From Planctomycetota bacterium (GTDB lineage: Bacteria > Planctomycetota > GCA-002687715 > CAIWVZ01), in NCBI GenBank assembly GCA_044222185.1, contig JBGANV010000005.1:96001-160000 (forward strand): a stretch of DNA of 64,000 nt. The letters are read 5' to 3'. Within the stretch, counting starts at the first letter, position 1. Each line of letters starts with the position of its first letter. Both the position numbers and the translations under genes were made by a program. This document shows, piece by piece, positions 20,523-29,482 of this stretch. A model generated the notes under the pieces. It did no database searches, had not been told where the DNA came from, and saw only the letters and a program-made list of their open reading frames with translations.

Positions 20523-20965
20523 CGGGGCCCTTGTGGGGCCGGATCTTATCCGGACCGGACCATTCGGTGCCCGAATGCGGGCGGCAGGCACGGTGCCGGT
20601 CTCGTGCTGACCGTCCTGATCTGCGCCGGTGTGGTGGGAGCGCTCGTGATCGCTCCGCTGCGCGCCGCATCATCAGGGGCCGGCGCGGGGAGGCGGGGAC
20701 GCGGAACCGACGAGTTCAAGCCGCACAGCCCTGGCCGAGATGGTTCGGCGGGGCATGTTGCTCCGCCGCGGAAGGGCCGGCCGTGCGCGCCCCATCGGGC
20801 AACGAAGAGATCGGCCCGTCCCGCCGCAGCGGCTGCGACGCGCGTTCAGCGGGCCGGTCCCCCGTCATCGCCCCGGCCTCGGTGTGCGCGTCGCGCCACG
20901 GCGACGATCTCGCGCGGGATCGCGGCGGTGGCCCCGATCCGGAAGGCACTTCGCGTGACGCCTGC

Positions 20966-22294
20966 TCATCGTCGAGGCGACGTCCCGACCCGATAGGGCG
21001 CCAGCGACCTGACGTCCAGCACCCAGCAGAGGAACTCATCGCGGGCCTGGAGCGTGGCGTTCAAGTCGCCCTTGCCCGCCATCTCGGCGATCCGCCGGAT
21101 GCGACCTGTCATCGCGGCAAGGTCACTGCCCGTCGACCTGTCGATGGGTCGACCTTCGCTCACATGCGACACGATCGCCCCGATCTCCTTCGCTTCCACG
21201 GCCGCGCCCTCTGCCAGGGCGGCAAGAGTCATACCCGTGGCGAACGCCGCGCGAAGCACGCCGCCGTTCGCGAGAACGCTGCGCTCGACGGTCGCGCAGT
21301 CCTTCGCCCCCTGCTCCGCGGCGAGCAGTCGCTCCTCGAGGTCGCCGACCTCCTGGATCCCACCATCCCGTTGACGTCGAATCTCCGCGCGCAGCTCCGC
21401 CGCAACCCTCTCACGCATCTCGCGCTCGGCCTGGAGTGAGCTCCACTGCCGCAGAATCGCAAAACGCATTGCCATGCGCAGCGCTTCGACGGGGCGGCCG
21501 GCCGTCATGAGCTCCGCCTCCCTGTTCGCGAGCTCGTTGAGGCATTCGCCGGTGCACGGATATGACGTGAACGAGAGGAGGTCCTTCGCGATCTCCGTGG
21601 AAGGTCCGCTGGAGTCGGGCACGGGCCTCGATTCGAGGGCGGGAATCGCCACCGCCTCCTGCCAGATCGCATCGCACGTGCTCAACGCAGTCGCCTGGTC
21701 GCCCGCATCGAGCGAAGCGACGATCCCCTCGGTCTTCGTCAATAGCGCCATCGCTCGCTCCTTGGATGGCTCGGACAGGGGCCCGCACCGCTCTCCGGAC
21801 GGCCCAGGAACCTGGTCACCATGAGTGATCCAATGCCGGATGCCGTCGGCCGTGGCCTGAAGCTGCGCTCGAATCTCCTTGGGTTCTTGCGTCGCGGCGT
21901 CGCAGAGGAAGCCACCGTGGACGGCGGTGATGAACCGGACGTCCTCGCCGGTCGTATTCGCGATCTGCCAGGCCGCTCGAATCTTGGCGAACTCCGCGAT
22001 CAGCTTCGCGACCTCGACGGTCCCGCGAGGCGTCGCCTGGTGAGCGGCGAAATCGTAGTAGGCACGACGGCACGCAACCGCCGACGCCGCGACCGGGTCG
22101 TGCAATTCCACCCGCAGTTTCGATTCCTCGTCCTGCCACCGTTTCAGGCGGTCGTCGATCGAGGGCTCGCCCTTGCAGAGCGACGGGACGGGGAGTTCCC
22201 GCGGTTCAGCCGTGGCTTTCGGCCGAGAGTCCTGAGCTACGAGGGCCGTGGCCAGAAACGTGACGGAGATGATGAGCGTCGTGGTGAATTGCAT
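20966..22294 (-). CDS. Hypothetical exported alpha-helical protein
   Basis: Signal peptide 'MQFTTTLIISVTFLATALVA-QDSRP'; protein-like composition; no recognisable family motif. Confidence 0.7.
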   Translation of the reverse strand: MQFTTTLIISVTFLATALVAQDSRPKATAEPRELPVPSLCKGEPSIDDRLKRWQDEESKLRVELHDPVAASAVACRRAYYDFAAHQATPRGTVEVAKLIAEFAKIRAAWQIANTTGEDVRFITAVHGGFLCDAATQEPKEIRAQLQATADGIRHWITHGDQVPGPSGERCGPLSEPSKERAMALLTKTEGIVASLDAGDQATALSTCDAIWQEAVAIPALESRPVPDSSGPSTEIAKDLLSFTSYPCTGECLNELANREAELMTAGRPVEALRMAMRFAILRQWSSLQAEREMRERVAAELRAEIRRQRDGGIQEVGDLEERLLAAEQGAKDCATVERSVLANGGVLRAAFATGMTLAALAEGAAVEAKEIGAIVSHVSEGRPIDRSTGSDLAAMTGRIRRIAEMAGKGDLNATLQARDEFLCWVLDVRSLAPYRVGTSPRR

Positions 22295-22541
22295 GCCTAC
22301 ACCAGCGGAACGGCTCGTTCCCCGTTGCACGGACGATGCGAAATACGGGCGACTCGATCGGGCTCCGGGAGATCGCCGAACGGGGTCCCGCCGCGCCGCC
22401 AACGCCGCCCCGGGGATCGATCGCGGCCCGCGGGTGCACGACTCGATGCGATCGCCGCGGGCGCCGTTCCGCCCCGCGAACGTGATCGCGGGCGCGACGT
22501 CGCGTCGCCCGGGAAACGGCAGTCGGCCTCCTGGCGTCCGG

Positions 22542-23348
22542 TCAGTCGACCCGATGGTCGCGGTCGCCCGCGGCGACGCCTTCGAGCAGCGCCTGCGCGA
22601 CGCAGAGCTGGAGGCTGTCGGACTCGACGGGCACGTCGCAGGTCTGGAACGTCATCTCGACGACTTCCAGGCCGAGCATGCGGCGGAAGAGCTGGAACGC
22701 CTGGTGATGCAGGGCATCCATCACGTCATCGCGGTCCGCGAATTGCCGATCGACGAGGGCGCGACCGAGGCGAACCTTCTCGCGACGACAGCCGTCGACG
22801 ACGCTCTCGAGGTCAGGCCCGGAGATCACCTTCCGGTCGACGAGGATGTCCCCCAGGCGGAGCCCCTTGGGCGTCGCAGTACCGACGGCCGAGGTGATCT
22901 CGCCATTCGACAGCTGGATGTAGAACGTCTCGTTGGGTGTGCGAATCCGAGCCTCGCCGGTCTTCTGGTTCAGCGCCAGGAACTGGAGGATCTCGGCCGG
23001 GGAGAAGTCGCTCGGCGGGAACGTCACCGCAACCCCTGGTTCGCGCTTCACGGCCGGGTTGACGGGCACGGCAGGGCGCGTCGCGGCGGCGCGAGTCAGG
23101 ACGTCCTGGAAGGCCAGGGCCACGGGGCTCGTGCGCGCCGTGCCGTCGCGCGCACCGGCCCGGGCCCGCTTCTCGGCGTATCGGACGATGGCGTCCTCGA
23201 GTGCGGCGAGCAGCGGCCGGATGCGGGCGTACGCGCCGCGCTCCGTGATCGACGTGATCCGGACGTCGTAGTCGCGGACCTTGCGGGACAGCGCCCGGCA
23301 GTCGTCGATGATCTGGTCCAGTTGGCTGTTTCTGGCGGTGGCTGTCAC
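22542..23348 (-). CDS. DUF4388 (PATAN-like) domain protein with MshEN-like repeats
   Basis: 'FSPAEILQFLALNQKTGEARIR...IQLSNGEITSA' followed by 'RLGDILVDRKVIS' and 'RLGRALVDRQF'. Confidence 0.75.
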   Translation of the reverse strand: MTATARNSQLDQIIDDCRALSRKVRDYDVRITSITERGAYARIRPLLAALEDAIVRYAEKRARAGARDGTARTSPVALAFQDVLTRAAATRPAVPVNPAVKREPGVAVTFPPSDFSPAEILQFLALNQKTGEARIRTPNETFYIQLSNGEITSAVGTATPKGLRLGDILVDRKVISGPDLESVVDGCRREKVRLGRALVDRQFADRDDVMDALHHQAFQLFRRMLGLEVVEMTFQTCDVPVESDSLQLCVAQALLEGVAAGDRDHRVD

Positions 23349-23543
23349 GCACCCTCTCCCGAGGGCACCGAGGGAGCGGCGCCCACTCCGTTCAGATATC
23401 GGCGCCCCTCATCCGGGAAATGAAGCTCCCCGCGTTGGATAGGCGGCCTCGCGTCAGGAGGACGCCATCCGGCGACGTCCCACACCCATGCCGCTCGCTT
23501 GCGTTGACGGCGGGCGCCCCGCATCCTCGTGCGGAGAATTCCC

Positions 23544-24797
23544 ATGATTCGCACGTTGCGACCCCATGTGGTCACCGTGGTGTCCGGGCTGGTCCTCGGC
23601 GTCGTGCTCGCGGGACCGACTCACGGTCAGGACAAGAAGCCGGCGGACCCGAAACCCGTCGCGCCGAAGCCTCTCCAGGGGATGCTCTACTACCGCAAGC
23701 ACATAGCGGATGCGGTTGCACTGGGAGGCGCGACGCCGGAATCCGAACGGATGGTGAGCGCGGGCCTCGACTGGCTGAAGCGCCACCAGGAAGACGACGG
23801 GAGCTGGAGTTGCTCCAACTTCCGACGGCGATGCAAGGAGGTGAACGACAACCCCTACCGCTGCGAGAACAAGGGGAACGCACTTTACGACGTCGGTGTC
23901 AGCGCGCTCGCCGTGCTGGCCTTCCTCGGGGCGGGTCGAACGGACGCCGACGGGCCTGACACGGACACCGTGCAGCGGGGGCTGAGCTGGCTCAAATCGC
24001 AGCAGGACGCCCGCGGTCTCATCGGCTCGACCGAGGACCAGCGGTACATGTACGGCCACGTGATCGCCACGAACGTGATGGTCGAGGCTGCCGCCCTGAA
24101 CCCCGCTGGAGGGTGGCGCGCGTGCGCCGACAAGGCCCTGGACTACCTCCTCAAGATGCAGGCGAAGAAGCAGGGTTGGCGGTACGGCGAGAAGTCACAA
24201 GACAGCGACGTCACCGTGACCGCATGGGCCGTCATGGCCCTGAAGACGGCGGACGTCGCGCACATCCGCTCGGCGACGAGCGTCATCGGCGACGCGTCGA
24301 ACTTCGTGAAGTCGGTCACGGACGAGAAGACGTTCCACGTGGGGTATCTGTCGAAGATGGACGGCCCGTTCCGTCTCGACGAGCAGGGTGAGCGCTTCCC
24401 CAAGTCCGAGTCCGAGTCGACGACCGCATGCGGCATGGTGATCAAGATCCTCGGTGGCGAAGAGCCGCGGATCTCCTCCCTCATCCGGGCGCAGAGCAAG
24501 CGCTGCCTCGACAAGCCGCCGGCGTGGAAGCGCGACGAAGGCGTGATCGACATCTACTACTGGCACTTCGCAACGCTCGCGATGTTCCAGCTCGCCGGCG
24601 AGGAATGGATGACGTGGCGCAACGCGATCTTCGATGCCGCCCAGCGCGCGCAGGTCAGCGAGGGGTGCGCGCGCGGCTCCTTCGACCCGCTCGATCCCTG
24701 GACCCGTTTCGGAGGCCGCATCTACTCCACGGCGATGATGACGCTCACGCTGGAGTCCGGCTATCGCTACGGGAGACTCTTCAAGACGTCGAAGTGA
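23544..24797 (+). CDS. Exported prenyltransferase/squalene-oxidase (QW)-repeat protein
   Basis: GGAGA RBS, signal peptide ending THG-QD; 'GLDWLKRHQEDDGSW', 'GLSWLKSQQDARG', 'MYGHVIAT', 'GWRY', 'DVTVTAWAVMALK', 'YYWHFAT', 'GGRIYSTAM..LTLE'. Confidence 0.88.
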   Translation: MIRTLRPHVVTVVSGLVLGVVLAGPTHGQDKKPADPKPVAPKPLQGMLYYRKHIADAVALGGATPESERMVSAGLDWLKRHQEDDGSWSCSNFRRRCKEVNDNPYRCENKGNALYDVGVSALAVLAFLGAGRTDADGPDTDTVQRGLSWLKSQQDARGLIGSTEDQRYMYGHVIATNVMVEAAALNPAGGWRACADKALDYLLKMQAKKQGWRYGEKSQDSDVTVTAWAVMALKTADVAHIRSATSVIGDASNFVKSVTDEKTFHVGYLSKMDGPFRLDEQGERFPKSESESTTACGMVIKILGGEEPRISSLIRAQSKRCLDKPPAWKRDEGVIDIYYWHFATLAMFQLAGEEWMTWRNAIFDAAQRAQVSEGCARGSFDPLDPWTRFGGRIYSTAMMTLTLESGYRYGRLFKTSK

Positions 24798-24832
24798 CGC
24801 GCACGGCCCCCGGCCGAGGACTCACGAACACC

Positions 24833-25732
24833 ATGCACGATCCCGATCTCCGGCAGGCCCGAACGGAAGCCGCCAACGCCGCGACCCACAACCTCGATCT
24901 GCTTCCGACGCGGGAGATGCTGCTGCGCATCAACGACCAGGACCGACTGGTCGCGGAGGCGGTCCGCAAAGAAGTCGACGTCATCGCACAGGTGGTCGAC
25001 ATGGTCGCGGATGCATTCCGCAGTGGCGGTCGACTGCACCTGTTCGGAGCCGGGACCAGTGGACGCCTCGCCGTGCTGGACGCCTCCGAGTGTCCGCCCA
25101 CGTTCGGTGTCCCGGACGATCTTTTTCAGGGTCACATCGCCGGAGGCCGCCGGGCGGTGACGGACGCCGTCGAGGGTGCGGAGGATGACGCGGACCAGGG
25201 CGAGCGGGACGTCGCGATCGCCGGCGTCACGGCACTGGACGTCGTGATCGCGATCACGGCGAGCGGTCGCACGCCCTATTGCCTGGGCGTCGCACGCGCC
25301 GCGCGCCGCGCGGGAGCGCGAACCGTCGGGCTCGTATGCAACCCCGCAACGCCACTCCACACACTCACGTCACCGACGATCACCACGGTCACCGGTGAGG
25401 AGGTCCTGGCCGGGTCGACGCGCCTCAAGGCCGGTACCGCCCAGAAGCTGGTCCTGAACATGATCTCGACCGGCGCCATGATCCGCGTCGGTCGCACGTA
25501 CGGAAACCTGATGGTGGGCGTGCAGGCGAAGAACGTGAAGCTTCGCGAACGAGCCGCCCGCCTCGTCGCCGAGGTGACGGGCGACGAGGAACGCGCCCGG
25601 CCGGCGCTCGAAGCGTGCCGGTGGGACGTCCGCGTGGCGTGCCTCATGATCCGCCACGGCGTCGATGCAGCTGCCGCGGCGGAACGCCTCGAGCGCTCGC
25701 AGGGATCGCTGCGCCGCGCCCTCGAAGCGTGA
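24833..25732 (+). CDS. murQ: N-acetylmuramic acid 6-phosphate etherase
   Basis: 'TEAAN', 'GAGTSGRLAVLDASECPPTFG', 'EGAED', 'ASGRTPY', 'GSTRLKAGTAQKLVLNMISTGAMIRVG..YGNLMV..QAKNVKL'. Confidence 0.95.
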   Translation: MHDPDLRQARTEAANAATHNLDLLPTREMLLRINDQDRLVAEAVRKEVDVIAQVVDMVADAFRSGGRLHLFGAGTSGRLAVLDASECPPTFGVPDDLFQGHIAGGRRAVTDAVEGAEDDADQGERDVAIAGVTALDVVIAITASGRTPYCLGVARAARRAGARTVGLVCNPATPLHTLTSPTITTVTGEEVLAGSTRLKAGTAQKLVLNMISTGAMIRVGRTYGNLMVGVQAKNVKLRERAARLVAEVTGDEERARPALEACRWDVRVACLMIRHGVDAAAAAERLERSQGSLRRALEA

Positions 25733-25759
25733 GGACGGCGTTGCGACCGTCGACGCGGC

Positions 25760-26230
25760 TCACATGTAGGGCATCTTCGGGACACGGCCCAGCATGCGCG
25801 CGTACACCGTGAGCGCGCCGCGATGGTGCGCCAGGTGGTCGGTCATCGCCGAGAGGATCGAGCTTCGCGGCTCGCCGGCCATGAGCGTGCCCTTGATCGG
25901 CTTTCGCCACTCTGCCGCCGAGTGGGTCTCGAACGCCTTCGCGGCCTCGCCGATCGCGCGCGCGAGCCAGGCCTTCGCCTTCTTGAGCGACGTGACCTTC
26001 GCGACGATTGCCGCGTCCTCCTCGAAGTTCATCGACATGCCGTCCGGCGAGAACGCGCCAGCGACGAACCAGTCGATCGCCTGCGCCGAGTGAGCCACGT
26101 GTTGCGCGATGGTCATCATCTCGGGCTTGGGGGCGAAGCCCGAATCCGCTTCCGTCAGGCATGCGGTCGAGCGATCGAAGAACTTCTTGAGCTCCTTGAC
26201 TTGTTCACTATTCGTCGGGGCCTTGGCCAT
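25760..26230 (-). CDS. DinB-family protein
   Basis: 'FAPKPEMMTIAQHVAH' and 'DHLAHHRGALTVYARMLGRVP' metal-binding His pattern. Confidence 0.88.
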   Translation of the reverse strand: MAKAPTNSEQVKELKKFFDRSTACLTEADSGFAPKPEMMTIAQHVAHSAQAIDWFVAGAFSPDGMSMNFEEDAAIVAKVTSLKKAKAWLARAIGEAAKAFETHSAAEWRKPIKGTLMAGEPRSSILSAMTDHLAHHRGALTVYARMLGRVPKMPYM

Positions 26231-26330
26231 GGGATCCTCGGTGCAATGGGATTCTGGGAGGGGTCGGACGGGAGGTCGAACCCTATCGCACCGGGGGGAC
26301 GCCGGCGAGTTTCGCCTGGCGCCCGGGGCC

Positions 26331-26355
26331 GCCGCACCGCGCGGGGCGGTGCGGC
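26331..26355 (-). terminator. GC-rich hairpin just downstream of the collagen/IPT gene pair
   Basis: GCCGCACCGC-GCGGG-GCGGTGCGGC, perfect 10-bp stem; no U-tract. Confidence 0.4.
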
Positions 26356-26365
26356 AAGAGACGCC

Positions 26366-27544
26366 TCAGAAGCCGAGGCGCAAGCGCTGGGCGTTCGAAA
26401 GAACGAGCCCGAGGGCGCTGTTTTCGTCGAACACGAGCCACTGCGACGCCACGAGGAATCCCTCGAGGGCGGGGACGTTCGGCACCTGGAAGACCAGGTT
26501 CGACGTGCCGAAGGCGGACGTCGTCACCGGAAACGAGATGAACGTCAGCGGGTCGATCCAGGCCTGGCACGGTGACACGACGAACGGCGCCGACAGCGGG
26601 GCGGAGATCAGGAGCGCGGCCGATGCGTTGTGTTTGGCGTTCGCCAGGACGGCTGAGAACGGAGCACCACCGATGATCGGCAGGGCGCCGCCCACGAAGC
26701 ACTGAGGCGTTCCGAACGATCCGGGACACCCACCGCCGAGGTTCGTCACCGCGGCGTGCGTCTTGTAGAAGAACGCATTCGGGAGGGACGCCACCCCCAG
26801 CGAGTTCGAGATCACGGGCGTCGCGAAGCCCGCGGCATGGGGCGGCGTTCGGCACGTGAGCGTCTGATCGTTGATCCGGGTCACGTCCGTCGCCGGAACA
26901 CCGCTGAAGGTCACCGTCGTGCCGGTGATCAGTGACAGCCCGCTGATCGTCACGGTGAGGCCGCCGTCGATGTCGCCTTCGCCGGGCGTGATGCTGAACG
27001 CCGTGACGGGCGGCCCGGACGGACACGCGTACTGGTACGCCGACACAGCCGTCTTCGCCCCGAACAGCGTCGTCACCTGGAGGTCGCACCCGCCCGGCGG
27101 TCCCGGTGGCGTGAGCGCGATCATCTCGGTGTTGCTGACCACGGTCGGGTGGAACGGCGGCGCCGTGCCGATCCGCACCAGGGTCGTCGCGCCGGTCCCG
27201 AACTCGTTGAAGTTGAAGCCCAGGATGCGCACCAGTTCGCCGCCTGCGCACGAGCCGCCCGGCGGCGTCACCGCGATGACCTGCGGACCTGTCGGGGTGG
27301 CAATGCCGTACCCACCGAGCTGGCCGATCTCGGCATGGAACCCCGGACTGGACGCAGATTCGGTCACGGGAAGCACGGCGAGGGCGGCGATGGCCGACGT
27401 CGACGCCGCAGCACCGCCCGAGACGACGGTGTCGATGAGTTCGAATCGGAAGTTCGCGCTCGACGGGTCCTGGGCGATCGCGGAGCTCGCGATCGCGCAG
27501 GCCGCCAGCACGCAAATGAGGTGTCGATGACGCATGGGGATCAC
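26366..27544 (-). CDS. Exported IPT/TIG-domain protein with C-terminal putative sorting domain
   Basis: Signal ending SAIA-QD; two IPT repeats ('VTPPGGSCAGGELVRILGFNF', 'ITPGEGDIDGGLTVTISG'); C-terminus 'VPNVPALEGFLVASQWLVFDENSALGLVLSNAQRLRLGF'; starts 1 nt after the collagen gene stop. Confidence 0.85.
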   Translation of the reverse strand: MIPMRHRHLICVLAACAIASSAIAQDPSSANFRFELIDTVVSGGAAASTSAIAALAVLPVTESASSPGFHAEIGQLGGYGIATPTGPQVIAVTPPGGSCAGGELVRILGFNFNEFGTGATTLVRIGTAPPFHPTVVSNTEMIALTPPGPPGGCDLQVTTLFGAKTAVSAYQYACPSGPPVTAFSITPGEGDIDGGLTVTISGLSLITGTTVTFSGVPATDVTRINDQTLTCRTPPHAAGFATPVISNSLGVASLPNAFFYKTHAAVTNLGGGCPGSFGTPQCFVGGALPIIGGAPFSAVLANAKHNASAALLISAPLSAPFVVSPCQAWIDPLTFISFPVTTSAFGTSNLVFQVPNVPALEGFLVASQWLVFDENSALGLVLSNAQRLRLGF

Positions 27545-27545
27545 C

Positions 27546-29354
27546 TCAGTTCGACACGGTGGACGACGTCAGGACTCCGACCCAGCGGCTCGACGACGTC
27601 CCGCGGTGGATCTTCAGGTGCGACCACTCGCTGCCCGAATCGCTACCGAGGAAGATGTCGAGGGACACCGTGTCGGACGTGCAGACGGTCGTCGTGGTGT
27701 TCGACGACTGGTTGGCATTGCTGTCGACGACTGACGACGTCGTGTTCAGGACGCGGTCGAGCCGCGTGTACGACCACTGCCCGTCGCTCGTGAGCGTCCT
27801 GATCTCGAGCCCGCCCGCGGCGTCGACCTTCAGCTGGAACTGTCCGTTGTCCAGGATCGTCGTGCCGCTGGTCGTCGTGGTCGCCATGAACTCGCGAACG
27901 ATGATGCCCCGCGTCGGCCCGCCGTCCGCGCTGGTGCGCGACGTGTTCGAGCCGACGAGGATCTTGCCGGCGACGTTCAGGCCCGTATCCGTGTCCTCGG
28001 CTGACGTGGACGCCGACCCGTTGGCCGGCCGGATGCGCGTCGACGACGACGCGACGATCAGCGTCGACGCGAGCTTGGAGCCGGCGATGTCCGCGGTCGC
28101 GCTGACGTGAGAGTTGGTGATGGAGCCCGCGGCGATCTTCGGCGCCGTGACGGCGTCGTCCTGGATCTTCTGCGTCGAGACGGCGTCGGCGGCGAGGTCG
28201 ACTGCGGCGAGGGTGCCATCGAGGACGGCGCTCGAGGTGATGACGTCGGGATCGATCGTCGTGTTGATGGTGACGGCGTTGGGGCCTGTCGGGCCGATCG
28301 GGCCGGTGTCGCCCGTGGGACCCGTCGGGCCTGCAGGGCCGGCCGCGCCCGTCGCGCCGGCGGCACCATCAGAGCCGGCGGGGCCCGTTGGACCGGTCGG
28401 ACCCGTTGCGCCGGTCGCGCCCGTGGCACCGTCGGCGCCCGCAGGGCCGGTGGGACCGGTGGGGCCAACCGCGCCGGTCGCACCCGTGGCGCCGGTCGCG
28501 CCATCAGCGCCGGCAGGGCCGGTCGGACCCGTCGGGCCAACTGCACCCGTCGCGCCGGTCGGACCCGTCGCGCCGGTCGCACCGGCCGCGCCATCCGCGC
28601 CGGCAGGGCCGGTCGGACCCGTGGGACCCGTCAAGCCGGTGGACCCGGTCGGGCCCGTCGGGCCGACAGCCCCCGTCGCGCCGGTCGGACCCGTCGCGCC
28701 GGTCGCACCGGCCGCGCCATCCGCGCCGGCAGGGCCAGTCGGACCCGTGGGACCCGTCAAGCCGGTGGCGCCAGCCGGACCGGTCGGGCCAACTGCGCCG
28801 GTCGCACCGGTCGCACCCGTCGGGCCTGTGGCACCGGTCGCGCCAGTGGGACCGGTCGGACCCACGAGGCCGGTCGGACTCCCGACCCAGTGCCCCGTGC
28901 CGTCGATCACGACCAGACCGTTGATGGACAGGGCGCTCGGGTTGATCGCCTCCCCCGTGACGTCGGACGCGTGAGTCGCGAACGATGCGCGAGGGACGGT
29001 GGCGAGTTTCATCCGTGGGGCCATCTCCGGGTCGCCGGCAACGGTCAGCCCGAGCCAGCGATCGCTTCCGCTGGAGAAGAGGTTTGCCGGGAATGGAACG
29101 ATCGTCCCGAGATCCGTCGTGAAGAGCCCGCCGACGACGTTCACCGTGCGCGTCTCCGTCCACAGGAGCGTCGACGGATTCGTCGCGGCGTCGTAGATCT
29201 TGAACGTCGTGGACGTAGGTGCATTCAGCGGCGTACCGCCGCCGTTCGTCAGCCTCCCCTGGATGCGCATGGGCGCCTGGGAAAGGAGTGAACCGCACAG
29301 CCCGATGATGGCTGCCATGACGCCAAGCCGTGAAACGAGGGGATGAGTCCGCAT
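27546..29354 (-). CDS. Exported collagen-like fibre protein
   Basis: Signal peptide; N-domain 'QGRLTN..GTPL...TFKIYDA....LWTET..VNV.GGLFT..LG...[21 protein letters not shown]'; 66 consecutive Gly-X-Y triplets; then '[18 protein letters not shown]' fibre-type repeats. Confidence 0.92.
   Translation of the reverse strand: MRTHPLVSRLGVMAAIIGLCGSLLSQAPMRIQGRLTNGGGTPLNAPTSTTFKIYDAATNPSTLLWTETRTVNVVGGLFTTDLGTIVPFPANLFSSGSDRWLGLTVAGDPEMAPRMKLATVPRASFATHASDVTGEAINPSALSINGLVVIDGTGHWVGSPTGLVGPTGPTGATGATGPTGATGATGAVGPTGPAGATGLTGPTGPTGPAGADGAAGATGATGPTGATGAVGPTGPTGSTGLTGPTGPTGPAGADGAAGATGATGPTGATGAVGPTGPTGPAGADGATGATGATGAVGPTGPTGPAGADGATGATGATGPTGPTGPAGSDGAAGATGAAGPAGPTGPTGDTGPIGPTGPNAVTINTTIDPDVITSSAVLDGTLAAVDLAADAVSTQKIQDDAVTAPKIAAGSITNSHVSATADIAGSKLASTLIVASSSTRIRPANGSASTSAEDTDTGLNVAGKILVGSNTSRTSADGGPTRGIIVREFMATTTTSGTTILDNGQFQLKVDAAGGLEIRTLTSDGQWSYTRLDRVLNTTSSVVDSNANQSSNTTTTVCTSDTVSLDIFLGSDSGSEWSHLKIHRGTSSSRWVGVLTSSTVSN
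28278..28871 (-). repeat. Collagen (Gly-X-Y)66 coding repeat with internal 126-nt duplication
   Basis: GPT/GAT/GPA/GAD triplets counted from the translation; the 14-triplet block starting [18 protein letters not shown] is duplicated almost exactly. Confidence 0.92.
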
Positions 29355-29482
29355 GTCGAGCTCCTCACGAGCGACGTGGTGATGAAAAAAATCGAGTTGT
29401 TCGAGGGATGTCGAGCTGACGCGACCGGCTCTACGTACTCCGGCCGCGCAGCCTGGCGCTGACCCGGCGGGTCAGCGAGCGA

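Noticed and set aside
20604-20996. 130-aa ORF with a hydrophobic N-terminus
   Set aside because: After the first ~20 residues it is Arg/Pro/Ala-rich like a GC shadow frame; no RBS or family motif.
25760-26230. DinB protein plus the FGE domains as a split SenA/EgtB partner for SenB
   Set aside because: The genes are far apart, the FGE domains are fused to membrane kinases, and DinB proteins are common; nothing links them to senB.
28278-28871. Repeat array as a possible CRISPR or non-coding tandem repeat
   Set aside because: The 9-nt periodicity encodes Gly-X-Y collagen in an open frame; there are no unique spacers and no cas genes.
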